Positions 51,843 through 62,811 of a stretch of DNA of 64,000 nt are shown here, one piece after another. This DNA comes from an uncultured delta proteobacterium. GTDB lineage: Bacteria > Myxococcota_A > Polyangia > Fen-1088. The number at the start of each line of letters is the position of its first letter. Position 1 is the stretch's first letter. The position numbers were made by a program, and so were the translations under genes. Where the stretch lies: positions 128,001 through 192,000 of the forward strand of contig CAWCMR010000015.1 in NCBI GenBank assembly GCA_963796685.1, written 5' to 3'. Under the pieces are notes generated by a model that was given only the letters and a program-made list of their open reading frames with translations, made no database searches and was not told the origin of the DNA.

Positions 51843-52496
51843 ATGCAAGGCACCCAACCTGTCGGGGGGATCGCGGTCACTGTGATGGTTCTCGCCGGCA
51901 TCCTGGGCGGCGTCGCCTGCCCTAGAGGAAAGGTCGCCAGGGTACCGGCCACGCGCCAGACCGCGGTGGCGCCCACGTCATCGCCTCCTACGCACCCGGC
52001 TTCGACCACGTCGAAGCCCAAGCCCGAGTGCCTGCAATGCGCTATCGAAGACCTGCGCCAGGCGGCGCACAAGGATCAGGTCGTGGTCACGGCCCGCTAC
52101 CTCGGGCTCGAGGAGCGATGGTCCGACGAGCATCGCACGAACCTACGCTGTACTCGGGATCGGGATGTCGTGGGCGTCGTGCGTTTCGCGTTGATTGGCG
52201 CCAATCCCTGGCGCGACGAATTTGCGGCCCCGCCCGCGCACGAGGAGCTGGCCCGGATCATCGAGGCGGACTTGCCCTGTCCCGAGCTCTCCCGGCCGCA
52301 GTACGCGAAACTGTACCGGTACAGTCCGGACGACCGCGAAAGAGATGGGCTGGGCCACGCACCGGTGTTGCGGCGAGGCCAGCTGTACCGGTTGACCTTC
52401 GTCAGAAGCCCAGGCATCGCCGTGCAGGATTCCCACAGCCCGAACCACGGCCGGCCGGTGCCGATCCTTGTCGCAGTCGATCCGCTTCGCCCATGA
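51843..52496 (+). CDS. Hypothetical (lipo)protein
   Basis: Hydrophobic N-terminus ending GVAC, Pro/Thr linker, open frame filling the intergenic gap. Confidence 0.55.
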   Translation: MQGTQPVGGIAVTVMVLAGILGGVACPRGKVARVPATRQTAVAPTSSPPTHPASTTSKPKPECLQCAIEDLRQAAHKDQVVVTARYLGLEERWSDEHRTNLRCTRDRDVVGVVRFALIGANPWRDEFAAPPAHEELARIIEADLPCPELSRPQYAKLYRYSPDDRERDGLGHAPVLRRGQLYRLTFVRSPGIAVQDSHSPNHGRPVPILVAVDPLRP

Positions 52497-52536
52497 CCAT
52501 CTTGCCGCCCACGACGTCGGCCAGACAGCGTCCGGC

Positions 52537-53592
52537 CTACTTGATGGTCAGGCCGAGGAAGCAGTAGTCGAACGGCGTCGCGCTGGTTGCGCTGCCAGGC
52601 ACCACGAGTTGCACGCTCGTGATGGCGGTACCGGAGGTGAACGGCGTGCCGCTCCCGTCCCAGCACGCCGTGTTGAGCTTCGAGAATGGAATGTTGGTGG
52701 TGGTCGTGCCGGTGGATGGCGGCAGGTAGTAACACCAAAAGTTGGTGCCGTCCCACAGTTGAAATTCCAGCGTCGAGCCGGCAGGGTTCGCGTAGCTGAC
52801 GGCGATCTCGCTGCCGGTGAGGGGAAGGGGTTCCGTCGACCCACTTACCCCAGATTGCGACTGGTTGACATTGAAGCTCACGACGGCCCACGATTTGTAG
52901 GTCGTGCTGACGCCGACCGAGCCCGACGCACAGAAGGAGGTTGCGTTGTAAGTCAGGCCGATGGTCGAGCCGGAGCCCGACGCAGAGGAGGAGACATAGC
53001 CGCTCATGACGACCGTGCCCGTGGCAATGGTCGTATAGCCGCTGTTCGGATCAAGTGTCGGCGTTCCGATTGGAGTGGGGGCAACCTCCAGGGCGTCAGC
53101 GCGCGGCGATGCATCGGGGTTCGTCACGGTCGTGCCGCCGGTCCCCGACCGGCCGCCGCTCCCGCTGCCGCCACTCGCGTGTCCGCCGCTGCCGCCGCTC
53201 GCGTGTCCGCCGCTGCCACCGTTGCCGCCGTTGCCGCCACTTGCGTGTCCGCCGCTGCCGCCACTCCTGCTCCCGCCGCTCCCACCCTGCGCGACGGTCG
53301 TGCTTCCGCCGGAGGCTGGTTTGGTCGTCGCCATTCCCCCCGTTGATGAGCCACCCTTGCCCGAGATTGTGTCTCCGCCCGCCGAGGTCGTGCCGCCGGT
53401 CCCGACGTGACCTCCGTTGCCGGTGACCGCACTGCCCCCAGCGCCAGGTGTACCTCCATCGCCCTGGTCGGCGGATGCCGGGATCAGATCGGATCGCATG
53501 CCGCAGGCCATCCAGGTCAGGCCCATGATGAGCAGGGCTCCCTGAAAGATGTACCGACACGTTATGGCGCAAGTGGTCATTTGGCGCGTCAT
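52537..53592 (-). CDS. Gly-rich lipoprotein with C-terminal beta-rich (carbohydrate-binding-like) domain
   Basis: WMAC lipobox-like motif, GGSGGHAS tandem repeats, Cys-paired Thr/Ser-rich C-terminal domain; start uncertain. Confidence 0.7.
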   Translation of the reverse strand: MTRQMTTCAITCRYIFQGALLIMGLTWMACGMRSDLIPASADQGDGGTPGAGGSAVTGNGGHVGTGGTTSAGGDTISGKGGSSTGGMATTKPASGGSTTVAQGGSGGSRSGGSGGHASGGNGGNGGSGGHASGGSGGHASGGSGSGGRSGTGGTTVTNPDASPRADALEVAPTPIGTPTLDPNSGYTTIATGTVVMSGYVSSSASGSGSTIGLTYNATSFCASGSVGVSTTYKSWAVVSFNVNQSQSGVSGSTEPLPLTGSEIAVSYANPAGSTLEFQLWDGTNFWCYYLPPSTGTTTTNIPFSKLNTACWDGSGTPFTSGTAITSVQLVVPGSATSATPFDYCFLGLTIK

Positions 53593-53669
53593 GGTAAGGT
53601 GACTCCCTCTACGGGCTCAGAGTCTACACCCTTCCGACAAGGGTCAACTCTTAACGAGACCAAACGAGG

Positions 53670-56051
53670 CTACTTGCTCCGGAGCTTTTCCAGACCTGCG
53701 AACGGGTTGTTGAAGGGACGGCTCGGTTGCGGCGGCCGCTCTGCGGGGGGACGTGGGCCACGATTCGGTCCGCCGCCGTGCTCGCCGGGGCGCGGACCCC
53801 GGGGCACGTCGCCGGCCGAGCCGGATCGCAGGGACAAGGCGATCTGTTGCTTGTCCAGCTTCACCTCGAGCACGCGCGCGCTCACACGGTCGCCGGGGCT
53901 GACCACCTCGCGCGGATCCTTGACGAAGCGGTCGGCGAGCTGCGAGATGTGGACCAGGCCGTCCTGGTGCACGCCGATGTCGACGAAGGCCCCGAAGTTG
54001 GTCACGTTGGTGACGATGCCGGGGCACACCATGCCGGGTTGCAGGTCCTGCAAAGTGTGGATGTCCTGGCGAAAGGAGAAGGGGACGAAGGTCTCACGCG
54101 GATCGCGGCCGGGTTTCTCGAGCTCTTTGATCACGTCGGCGAAGGTGAATGCGCCCAGCTCCTTTTCCAGGTCGCGTGCGCTCTTCACCAGCTGCACGCC
54201 CGCCCCGAGCAGACCCGCCACGGGCACGCCCAGACGTTCAGCCAGCCTTTCCAGCGCTCCGTAGCGCTCGGGGTGAACCCCGGTGTTGTCGAGCGGGTGC
54301 CCGGCCTCGGAGATTCGCAGAAAGCCCGCGGCCTGCTCGAACACCTTGGCCGAAAAGCGCGGCACATCGAGGAGCGCTTGGCGCGAGCGAAAGATACCCT
54401 TCTTGCCGCGGTAGTCGACGATGGCCTTGGCCAGGCCAGGCCCGATGCCGGACACGTGGGCCAGCAGGTGATACGACGCGGTGTTGAGATTCACGCCGAC
54501 CTGGTTCACGCAGGAATCCACCACGGTGTCCAGGCTCTTTTGCAGGGCGGTCGGTGAGACGTCATGCTGGTACTGGCCCACGCCGATGCTCTTGGGATCC
54601 ACCTTGACCAGCTCCGCCAGGGGGTCTTGTAAGCGCCGCGCGATGGAGATGGCGCCGCGGATGGTGAGATCCAGATCGGGGAATTCCTCGCGCGCGACCT
54701 CGCTGGCGCTGTACACGCTGGCACCCGATTCGCTGACCATCACGACCGGTACCTTCAAGCCGGCGCCTTCCATGGCCTCGCGGATGACGGCCTCGGTTTC
54801 GCGACCGGCGGTGCCGTTGCCGACGGCGATGGCGCGAATGCCGCCTTTTCTGACCAGCTCGGCCAGCAGGGTTGCGGCCCCGGTCCTTGCTCCGGCCGAT
54901 TCGAGGTGCATCACGGTGCTGCCCACGTACTTGCCGGAATCGTCGACCACGGCCAGCTTGCAGCCGGTGCGCAGACCAGGGTCCACCCCCAGCACGGCTT
55001 TGGGCCCGAAGGGCGCCGAGAGCAACAGCTTGCGCACGTTCTCGGCGAAGACGTGGATGGCGGCCTCGTCGGCCACTTCACGCAAGGCCTTGTGAACCTC
55101 GTTTTCGATGGCGGGCACGACGTGGGCACGCAGGGCGAAACGCGCCGCCTTCTTCAGCAGGGGCGCGCCCGCGAAATCCTGCTGCGAGCAGGCGGCGGCC
55201 TCGAACATGTGCAGCAGCTCTTCGACCAGGGGATCGACGGGCGCGCGTGGCTTGGCGGCAAGCTCGGACGTCGCAGTCGGCTCTGGCGGCGTCGGGCCAC
55301 CGAGATGTAGGGTCAGCTCCTCCTCCATCCAGCCGCGCCGCATGGCCAGGTAGCGGTGCGAATTCTCGGGTTTCAGCAGGTCGCGCACGCGTTCCTCGTA
55401 GCTGAAGTAGTTCTCGAACTTGCTCGGCGACTTGGCCTTCTCGCCTTTGACGGTCTTCGCGAAACCGTCGTGCAGGTACCGCGTGCGTGTGGTACTGCGC
55501 AGGTCGGCATCTTCCGACAGGCGTTCGATGACGATCTCGACCGCGCCTGCCAAAGCCGCGTCGGTGTCGGGAATCTTCTTTTCCTCGTCGATGAAGGCGC
55601 TGGCGTGGCTGTCCGGTGTTTCTCCGTTCGACGGCACGAGTCCATGGCCGCAATCCCACAGCCAGTTGGCCAGCGGTTCCAGCCCCGCTTCGCGTGCGAT
55701 GACCGCCTTGGTCTTGCGCTTCTGCTTGAAGGGCAGGTACAGGTCTTCCAGTAGAGCCAGGTCGTAGGTTCCCTGAAGCTTGTCGCGCAGCTCGTCGGTC
55801 AGCTTGCCCTGCCGGGCGATCTCTTCCACGATGAAGGTCTGGCGCTTGAGGATGCTGTCCCAGGTCTCCTTGCCGTCGATGACGGCGCGGATTTGCACCT
55901 CGTCGAGCGCTCCCGTCGCCTCTTTGCGATAGCGCGCGATGAAGGGCACGGTGGCGCCCTCTTCCGTAAGGCGCAAGACAGCGGCCACGCCTTGCGCTGG
56001 GAGCTTGGGGTGGGCTTGTGCGAGCCAAGATTCGAAGGTGACCTGAGCCAT
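53670..56051 (-). CDS. tex: Tex transcription accessory protein
   Basis: GATVPFIARYRKE, DPGLRTGCK, GASVYSAS, IGVGQYQHD and S1 domain FGAFVDIGVHQDGLVHIS. Confidence 0.95.
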   Translation of the reverse strand: MAQVTFESWLAQAHPKLPAQGVAAVLRLTEEGATVPFIARYRKEATGALDEVQIRAVIDGKETWDSILKRQTFIVEEIARQGKLTDELRDKLQGTYDLALLEDLYLPFKQKRKTKAVIAREAGLEPLANWLWDCGHGLVPSNGETPDSHASAFIDEEKKIPDTDAALAGAVEIVIERLSEDADLRSTTRTRYLHDGFAKTVKGEKAKSPSKFENYFSYEERVRDLLKPENSHRYLAMRRGWMEEELTLHLGGPTPPEPTATSELAAKPRAPVDPLVEELLHMFEAAACSQQDFAGAPLLKKAARFALRAHVVPAIENEVHKALREVADEAAIHVFAENVRKLLLSAPFGPKAVLGVDPGLRTGCKLAVVDDSGKYVGSTVMHLESAGARTGAATLLAELVRKGGIRAIAVGNGTAGRETEAVIREAMEGAGLKVPVVMVSESGASVYSASEVAREEFPDLDLTIRGAISIARRLQDPLAELVKVDPKSIGVGQYQHDVSPTALQKSLDTVVDSCVNQVGVNLNTASYHLLAHVSGIGPGLAKAIVDYRGKKGIFRSRQALLDVPRFSAKVFEQAAGFLRISEAGHPLDNTGVHPERYGALERLAERLGVPVAGLLGAGVQLVKSARDLEKELGAFTFADVIKELEKPGRDPRETFVPFSFRQDIHTLQDLQPGMVCPGIVTNVTNFGAFVDIGVHQDGLVHISQLADRFVKDPREVVSPGDRVSARVLEVKLDKQQIALSLRSGSAGDVPRGPRPGEHGGGPNRGPRPPAERPPQPSRPFNNPFAGLEKLRSK

Positions 56052-56161
56052 TCCTGCCACCCTACTCAAAAGAAGAACGCGATCCAGGCTTGATCTTCCG
56101 CCGCGAAGGTTGGATCGGCGGCCCTCGTCGCAGGTGGGGTGAAGCCGCGAGCCGTGGCAGA

Positions 56162-57244
56162 ATGGCGACCCTCATGAACCAGTCCCTGCGCACCGATCTC
56201 GACTCCGCTTTGCTGCACGAGCTCTCCGATACCTGGCGCGAGATCAACGCCAACCACTTTCGCGGCAAGATGCGGCCTCCGGTGCTGGCATTCTCCGAGG
56301 TGGGTAGTCGCCTTGGCCAGTGGAACGGGGCCACGCGCACGCTGTCCATCGATCGCACGCTGGCCTTCGAGAAGCCGTGGAGCGCGGTGCGCGAGGTGCT
56401 CAAGCACGAGGTGGCGCACCAATTCGTCGACGAGGTGTTGAAGATTCACGACCAAGCCGCGCACGGTCCGGCCTTCGAGGATGTGTGTCGCCGTTTCGGC
56501 ATCGATGCGCGCGCCACCGGCTTGCCCGCCTTGACCGCGGGCGGCGAGGGGGGCAGTCCCGTGCTGCGGCGGATCGCGCGCCTGCTCGCCCTGGCCGAGA
56601 GCCCGAACGTGCACGAGGCCGAGGCGGCCATGAAAGCCGCCCATCGTCTGATGCTCAAGCACAACATCGAAGCCCAGGTTGCGGCGGCCAGCGAGGGCTA
56701 CGCCTTCGTTCACGTGGGCCTTCCCCGCCGCAGGGTGGACGCGGCCGAGCACGTCCTGGCGGGGATCCTGACGCGCCACTTTTTCGTCGAGGCCATCTGG
56801 GTGCCGTCGTATCTGGCCAAGGAGGCGCGTAGCGGGCGCGTGCTCGAGCTGTGCGGCAGCCTGTCGAACCTGGAGGTCGCATCCTATGTCCACACCTTCC
56901 TGCTCGAAACCGCCGAGCGGCTGTGGCGCGAGCACAAGCGCCGGCACCACATCGACAGCGACAAAGAGCGGCGCCGCTTCCAGACCGGGGTGATGAGCGG
57001 CTTCGACGAGAAGCTCAAGGCCGGTACGAAGGAGGACCGGCGCGAGGGCCTGATCTGGATCGGCGATCCGGGCCTGGAGAGCTTTCTTCACCAGCGCTAT
57101 CCGCGCAGAACGGGTGGCGGAGGCATCGGGGTGCGTCTGACCGCGGCCTACGAGCAAGGTCGGGAAGCCGGCCGCAATATCGTGCTGCACAAGCCGGTCC
57201 GCGCGGGCGAGACGAGGGGACGGCTGCTGGGGCCGGTGCGGTAG
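56162..57244 (+). CDS. SprT-like metalloprotease with DUF2786-like domain
   Basis: VLKHEVAHQ, HGPAF and RIARLLALAESPNVHEAEAA..AH.LM.KHNI. Confidence 0.8.
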   Translation: MATLMNQSLRTDLDSALLHELSDTWREINANHFRGKMRPPVLAFSEVGSRLGQWNGATRTLSIDRTLAFEKPWSAVREVLKHEVAHQFVDEVLKIHDQAAHGPAFEDVCRRFGIDARATGLPALTAGGEGGSPVLRRIARLLALAESPNVHEAEAAMKAAHRLMLKHNIEAQVAAASEGYAFVHVGLPRRRVDAAEHVLAGILTRHFFVEAIWVPSYLAKEARSGRVLELCGSLSNLEVASYVHTFLLETAERLWREHKRRHHIDSDKERRRFQTGVMSGFDEKLKAGTKEDRREGLIWIGDPGLESFLHQRYPRRTGGGGIGVRLTAAYEQGREAGRNIVLHKPVRAGETRGRLLGPVR

Positions 57245-57347
57245 GCCTCCTCGGGCGGTGCTGGCTTCCTGCTCTTTATGCCGCTCGCGTCGGGTGGATG
57301 AAACCTTCCGCGTGCTGTGGATTCTAAATAGGCAGGAGTAAATAGTC

Positions 57348-57707
57348 ATGGCACCCACAGCCCTTACCGATTCGACATTCAAAGAACAAATCAAGACAGG
57401 GATTGTCCTGGTTGATTTCTGGGCACCTTGGTGCGGGCCTTGTCGTGCGTTCGCCCCGATATTCGAGAAGGCTGCCGACGAGAATCTCGATGTCGCTTTC
57501 GGCAAGGTGAACACCGAGGAGGAGCCGGATCTGGCCATCGAGTTCGGCATTCAAGCCATTCCGACCTTGATGGCCTTTCGCGATGGTCTGCTCGTTTTCG
57601 AACAGGCGGGAGCGCTACCGGGACACGCGCTGCAGAAATTGATCGACCAGATCAGATCGCTCGACATGGACAAGGTCCGCAGCGAGGCTCACGCGGCAGC
57701 TTCCTAG
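57348..57707 (+). CDS. trxA: Thioredoxin
   Basis: DFWAPWCGPC and IPT; RBS AGGAG. Confidence 0.95.
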   Translation: MAPTALTDSTFKEQIKTGIVLVDFWAPWCGPCRAFAPIFEKAADENLDVAFGKVNTEEEPDLAIEFGIQAIPTLMAFRDGLLVFEQAGALPGHALQKLIDQIRSLDMDKVRSEAHAAAS

Positions 57708-57794
57708 ACTCTCCCAGGCCCGACATTGGCGACGCCCTGGCTCGCGCGCGCAGGTTGGGGTATGACATGGGCCGCCGGAATCCCCGGCGCGCGA

Positions 57795-59249
57795 ATGGAT
57801 TCGCTTATCGACGACGGCAAGCCGGCTGCGAGCGCCGAGGTGGGCCCGGTGGTTGCACAGGCTCGCGCGGCCCAACCCGCGTGGGAGAGGCTGACCTTTC
57901 GCGAGCGGGGGCGCCTGTTGCGTCGGCTGGCGGCGCGCGCGCGCGCGGACGCGGAGCTGGCGGCGATGATTTCGTCGGAGACCGGCAAGCCCCCCTTTGA
58001 AGCCATCGGGTTCGAGGTCGCCTATTTGTGCGAGGTGACGCGTTTTCTTTCCGGAGCGGCCGGCCGGCGTGCGACCGGCGAATCGCGGCGCGGGTCGCTC
58101 ATCTTTCCGCACAAGCGGGCGAGGGTGCGATGGCGTGCCCACGGCGTGGTCGCGGTCATCGGTCCATGGAATTTCCCTCTCCTGAACAATTTCGGCGATG
58201 CCGTGGCGCCGCTTTTGGCAGGCAACAGCGTGGTGCTCAAGCCGTCGCCGCACACACCCCGCACCTCGCGCCGGATGCGCATGCTGTGGCGGGAGTGCGG
58301 ACTGCCCGAGGGGGTCTTTCAGGTGGTCGAGGGCGGGGCCCAAGCGGGTGGCGCCCTGGTGGACGTGTGCGACATGGTGTTCTTCACCGGCGGCCTGTCC
58401 GCTGGCAGGCAGGTCGCTGCGCGCGCGGGCGCACGGCTGATTCCGTGCGTGGCCGAGCTCGGCGGCAAGTCCGCCATGATCGTTCTCGGCGACGCCGACG
58501 TGCGTGCCGCCGCCCGTGCCGCGGTTTGGGGAGCGTTCGCCGGGGCCGGGCAGGTGTGCATTCGCGTCGAGCGTGCCATCGTCGAATCGTCGGTGGCCGA
58601 CGAATTCGCCCGCCGGGTGGTCGAGGAGACCGGAAGGCTGCGGCTTGGCCGGGGCGGAGATTGCGAGGTCGGGCCGCTCATGCTGCAAGAGCAGTTGGAT
58701 CGGTGCCAGCGGTTCGTGGCCGATGCGGTGGCGCGTGGCGCGCGCGTGATCGCGGGAGGTGAAAGAAGAGATGATTTGTCCGGTTTGTTCTTCCCGCCCA
58801 CGGTCCTCGATGGGGTTCCGCCCGAGGCCGCCGTGGCGTGCGAGGAGACCTTCGGTCCCATCCTGCCCATCGTGCGCGTGGCCGACGCCGAAGCGGCGGT
58901 ACGCCTGGCCAACGCCTCGCCTTTCGGCCTATCGGGCAATGTCTGGTCCGGCGACCGAGCCCGCGCGGTGGCGCTGGCGCGCAGACTGGAGACCGGGACC
59001 GTGTGCATCAACGATGTCCTGGTGAACTACTTCTTCGTCGGTGCTCCGCTGGGTGGTACGAAGCACAGTGGCCTTGGCTTCCGCCACGGCGCCGAGTCCC
59101 TGCGGCAGTTCTGCACGCCACAAACCATCGTCGAGGATCGCCCCATGTTCGGTTTCCTCGCGAGCTGGCTGCGCGGCCAGCTCGGCTTTCCCTACCGCAA
59201 GCGCGTGCTCGGGGTGCTGCGCTGGTTGCTCGAAGCGATCTATCGATGA
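57795..59249 (+). CDS. Aldehyde dehydrogenase family protein
   Basis: PWNFP, LKPS, FTGG, ELGGKS, GQVC and EETFGP. Confidence 0.92.
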   Translation: MDSLIDDGKPAASAEVGPVVAQARAAQPAWERLTFRERGRLLRRLAARARADAELAAMISSETGKPPFEAIGFEVAYLCEVTRFLSGAAGRRATGESRRGSLIFPHKRARVRWRAHGVVAVIGPWNFPLLNNFGDAVAPLLAGNSVVLKPSPHTPRTSRRMRMLWRECGLPEGVFQVVEGGAQAGGALVDVCDMVFFTGGLSAGRQVAARAGARLIPCVAELGGKSAMIVLGDADVRAAARAAVWGAFAGAGQVCIRVERAIVESSVADEFARRVVEETGRLRLGRGGDCEVGPLMLQEQLDRCQRFVADAVARGARVIAGGERRDDLSGLFFPPTVLDGVPPEAAVACEETFGPILPIVRVADAEAAVRLANASPFGLSGNVWSGDRARAVALARRLETGTVCINDVLVNYFFVGAPLGGTKHSGLGFRHGAESLRQFCTPQTIVEDRPMFGFLASWLRGQLGFPYRKRVLGVLRWLLEAIYR

Positions 59250-60889
59250 CCGGTGAGGCCCCTCCGATCCCGCGCTCGGCCGAGGCGCCCTACGACTTCA
59301 TCATCGTCGGGTCGGGCTTTGGCGGCAGCGTCTCGGCGCTGCGCCTGGCGGAAAAGGGCTACGGCGTCCTGGTCGTCGAGGAGGGCAAGCGCTGGGGTCC
59401 GTCGGATTTCCCCAAGAGCAACTGGAACCTGCGGAAGTCCCTGTGGCTGCCCCGCCTTGGCTGCCACGGAATTCAGCGCCTCGATTGGCTCGGCGACGTG
59501 TTGGTGCTGGGCGGCGCCGGCGTGGGTGGGGGCTCCCTCGTGTACGCGAACACCTTGTTGGTGCCGCCGGCCGAGGCCTTCGCGCGGTCGTGGCCAGGGG
59601 GAGCCGGGATGCGCGAGCAGCTCGCTCGCCATTTCGAAACAGCGCGTAGGATGCTCGGCGCGACGAGACCGCCGGCGATCTGGCCGGCCGAAGAGCACCT
59701 GCGCGCGTTCGCCCGCTCGCTCGGCCGCGAGGCGCATTTCTTCCAGCCCGAGGTGGGCGTGCTGTTCGGCGCGCAAGACGGCCAAGACGGCCAAGACGGC
59801 AAGGAGATCCCGGATCCCTACTTCAATGGCCAGGGTCCCCCGCGTGCTCCATGCCGTCTGTGCGGCGGGTGCATGGTCGGCTGCCGGCACAACGCCAAGA
59901 ACACGCTCGACAAGAACTACCTCTACCTTGCGGAAAAGCTCGGCGCGCGGGTCCTGCCCGAGACCCGCGCGACGCGAATCGAGCCCGATGGGGAAAGCGG
60001 CTACGTCGTACACACGCAACGGTCGCTGGGCTGGGCCTCGCGGCCGGTGCAGCGCTTGCGTACTCGGAACGTCATCCTGGCGGCGGGCGCTCTTGGCAGC
60101 GTCGATCTCCTGCTCGCGTCGCAGGCGAGCGGTGGCTTGCCCAATCTCTCGCCAGCGCTCGGCAAGCTCACCCGTACCAACAGCGAGATCATTTGCGGGG
60201 CGCGCAGCCGTACGGCGCACGTCGATCACTCGCAAGGCATCGCCATCGCCAGCGACGTGCAAGCCGATGGCGACACGCATCTGCAGATCGTCCGCTACCC
60301 CGCCGGGTCGGACATGATGGGTCTTCTGGGGACTCTGGCGGTGGCGGGCGGCGGGCGCCTTCCGCGCGCCGTGCGCTGGGCACTGCACTGTCTGCGCCAC
60401 CCGCTGGATTTTCTGCGCAACGTTCTCCCCTTCGGCTGGGCCAAGCACACCGTGGTGGTGCTGGCCATGCAGTCCATCGACAATGCCCTGACGCTCGTGC
60501 GCAAGCGACGATGGTTTCTTGGCCGCGATCTGCTCTCCCGGCGGGCGACGGGTGCGCCACCCATCCCGACCTACTTGCCGCTGGCCAACCAGGCGGCGAA
60601 GTTCATCGCCGATCGCATGGGAGGGTTTCCGCTCAATGCCATCAACGAGGTCCTCCTCGACGTTCCCATCACCGCGCACATCCTGGGCGGTGCCCGCATG
60701 GCGGACACACCCGATGAGGGCGTGGTCGACGGCGACTGTCGCGTGTTCGGCTACCCCGGACTTTGGGTCATCGACGGCGCGGTGATTCCGGTCAACCTGG
60801 GGGCCAATCCCAGCCTGACCATCGCCGCCGTGGCCGAGCTCGCGATGTCCAAGATTCCGGCGAAGGGGCGCGGGGGCCAAGACACTTGA
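59246..60889 (+). CDS. GMC oxidoreductase, cholesterol oxidase (ChoD)-like
   Basis: GSGFGGSV, GVGGGSLVYAN, CRLCGGCMVGC..NAKNTLDKNYL, AHILGG and NLGANPSLTI; in-frame 9-nt x3 repeat at 59774-59800. Confidence 0.88.
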   Translation: MTGEAPPIPRSAEAPYDFIIVGSGFGGSVSALRLAEKGYGVLVVEEGKRWGPSDFPKSNWNLRKSLWLPRLGCHGIQRLDWLGDVLVLGGAGVGGGSLVYANTLLVPPAEAFARSWPGGAGMREQLARHFETARRMLGATRPPAIWPAEEHLRAFARSLGREAHFFQPEVGVLFGAQDGQDGQDGKEIPDPYFNGQGPPRAPCRLCGGCMVGCRHNAKNTLDKNYLYLAEKLGARVLPETRATRIEPDGESGYVVHTQRSLGWASRPVQRLRTRNVILAAGALGSVDLLLASQASGGLPNLSPALGKLTRTNSEIICGARSRTAHVDHSQGIAIASDVQADGDTHLQIVRYPAGSDMMGLLGTLAVAGGGRLPRAVRWALHCLRHPLDFLRNVLPFGWAKHTVVVLAMQSIDNALTLVRKRRWFLGRDLLSRRATGAPPIPTYLPLANQAAKFIADRMGGFPLNAINEVLLDVPITAHILGGARMADTPDEGVVDGDCRVFGYPGLWVIDGAVIPVNLGANPSLTIAAVAELAMSKIPAKGRGGQDT

Positions 60890-61029
60890 GGTGCACGGGC
60901 GGGGCAACGTCGGGAGCCGCAAAGAGTGGCGACTCAGTCATCCCGTCTTGCCTTGTCTTGGGAGTATTCATGCTAGCTTTGATGCTGAGACTGACTTCCC
61001 AATTGGCTGATGAAATCCTGGAGAAAATC

Positions 61030-62369
61030 ATGACGGAACGCGATGACGGAGCAAGATCGCTCAGGGTGGTCTTGCCCCCAAAATACCGAGCGCGGAAGCC
61101 GCTCAGCTCTGTTCCTGGCAAGTTCGTGGCCGGCATCCTCGCCGCCGGGGTCGCAAAACGCCTGGAACCCATTTCGTCGATCATCGCCAAGCCGATGTTC
61201 CCGTTAGGGGGCGACTTTCCGATCTGCCAGAACTGGGTCGAGCGGCTCGAACGTGTTGGGATCGGTCAAATCGGGATGAACCTGTACGCAGTGCCGGTCT
61301 CCATCAAGGAACATTTCGGGGATGGGTCCGCGTTCTTGACCGAAATCTCCTACGTCCATGAAGAGGCTGCCCCCAGCGGAACTCTGGGCGGGGCCATCAG
61401 GATCATGGACATGCTCGAACGCAAGCTCGGCCCGAGCTTCGATACGATCGTCGTTCCGAGTGGAGATGTGATCACGGAAATGACGGACGACGATTTCATG
61501 GCCATGCTGACCCTGCACAAGCAGAATAGAGCCGCTGCCACGCTCTTGCTGACGCCGGTGCCGTGGAACACCCTGGGAGAGTTCGGCACCGTCGAGCCTC
61601 GAGGGTATCGAGGTGTCGCGGGGAAAGACGGTCGACAACGCCTCCTTTGCCCGGATCCGAACCTTCAACGAGAAGGATCCCAATGCTTCGAGCAATTTGG
61701 TGAACGCCTCCTGCTACGTTTTCGAGAAGATCCTTCCTGGAATCGTTAAGGCCGCTGCTCACGGAGTGCACTCCAGACAGGCAGAAGGTTCCCGAGCCGT
61801 TCTATGATTTTGGTAAGCATGTTTTTCCAGCCATGCTGGGACGATTGCCTTACCGAGAGGACCTTGGCCAGCATCGCAATGCGCTCTTCGGGTTCGTCTC
61901 CAACGCCCTCTGGTTCGATATCGGCCGAAAGAGGGACTACCTGGAAGTGAACCAGTCGGCTCTTGCCGGCAACATCCGTCTGCACATTCCCTACCCGAAG
62001 CTGCCTGGCGGCTACTTCATGGGCGCGAACGCCCGCATCGCAGAAGGCGTCACCATCATTCCCCCTGTCATCATCGGCAACGACTGTGAGATCGAGGCAG
62101 GGGCGACCATTGGTCCCAACACGGTGATAGGCGATGGGTGGAAAGTCGGGAAAGGGACCACCGTTTCGAATACGGTTGCCTGGCGGCACTATTCCCACAC
62201 AAACATCCCCAAGCTCCGGCAAATCGGCGACGATTTGAGAATCGAAAAGTGCATCCTTGTCGGCGGGGTTATTAGGGAGAGCATGAACGAGAAGGTGGCC
62301 GACACCAGGCCCGACGGCGAAATCGTCACCACGAGCATCGACGTGGTCCCGAGCGGGCCCAGGGCGTAG
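61030..62369 (+). pseudogene. NDP-sugar pyrophosphorylase (GMPP-like) with at least two frameshifts; pseudogene or assembly error
   Basis: LAAGVAKRL.P....AKPMFP, GTLGG, SGD, EFG; then FNEK...SNLVNASCYVF and DFGKHVFP...WFDIG plus hexapeptide repeats in different frames. Confidence 0.75.
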
Positions 62370-62559
62370 GGATGACGACCGGTCATTTAGCTAGGCCTCG
62401 CACCACCCATCGTCTGTTCGGGATTCCAGCTGACGTCACCGGCGAACTTTCCTTGCTTCACTGATCGTACGATTTGGATGAATTGCGGCCAGTCGAGGAC
62501 CCACAGGAAGTAGATCCGCACGTCTTTGATCAATCACAGTCGGGGGGGTGCCTATGCGG

Positions 62560-62607
62560 ATCGCTCGGGCAGGCGGTCCGGTAATCGCTCGGGCAGGCGG
62601 TCCGGTA
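62560..62607. repeat. 24-bp direct tandem duplication
   Basis: ATCGCTCGGGCAGGCGGTCCGGTA twice. Confidence 0.85.
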
Positions 62608-62699
62608 ATGGAAGACAAGAGTTCGTCGCCGTTATTCGCGACGGTCGCCCCGTCGCCAAGGGTACCTTGTGCGCACAAGAGCACGGATTCAACCTGCAT

Positions 62700-62811
62700 G
62701 GGCAACCAGCGTGGCCGCGGGCGACGAACGCTGGCGGCAGCCTCGCGGTCGATCTCGCGGCATTGTCCCCGCGGCTGTTCAGGACCTCGACTTTGTCGCC
62801 GTCGGCGATCT
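62700..62811 (-). pseudogene. Possible remnant of a molybdopterin-dinucleotide-binding domain
   Basis: KIADGDKVEVLNSRG...RLPPAFV resembles the GIxDGDxVxVxxxRG signature; degenerates afterwards. Confidence 0.3.

Noticed and set aside
53140-53290. Tandem GC-rich repeats (also 36259-36382)
   Set aside because: In-frame Gly-rich linker coding repeats of lipoproteins, common in this lineage.
56162-57244. SprT/DUF2786 gene as a prophage marker
   Set aside because: Flanked by tex and trxA with host-like composition and no phage genes nearby.
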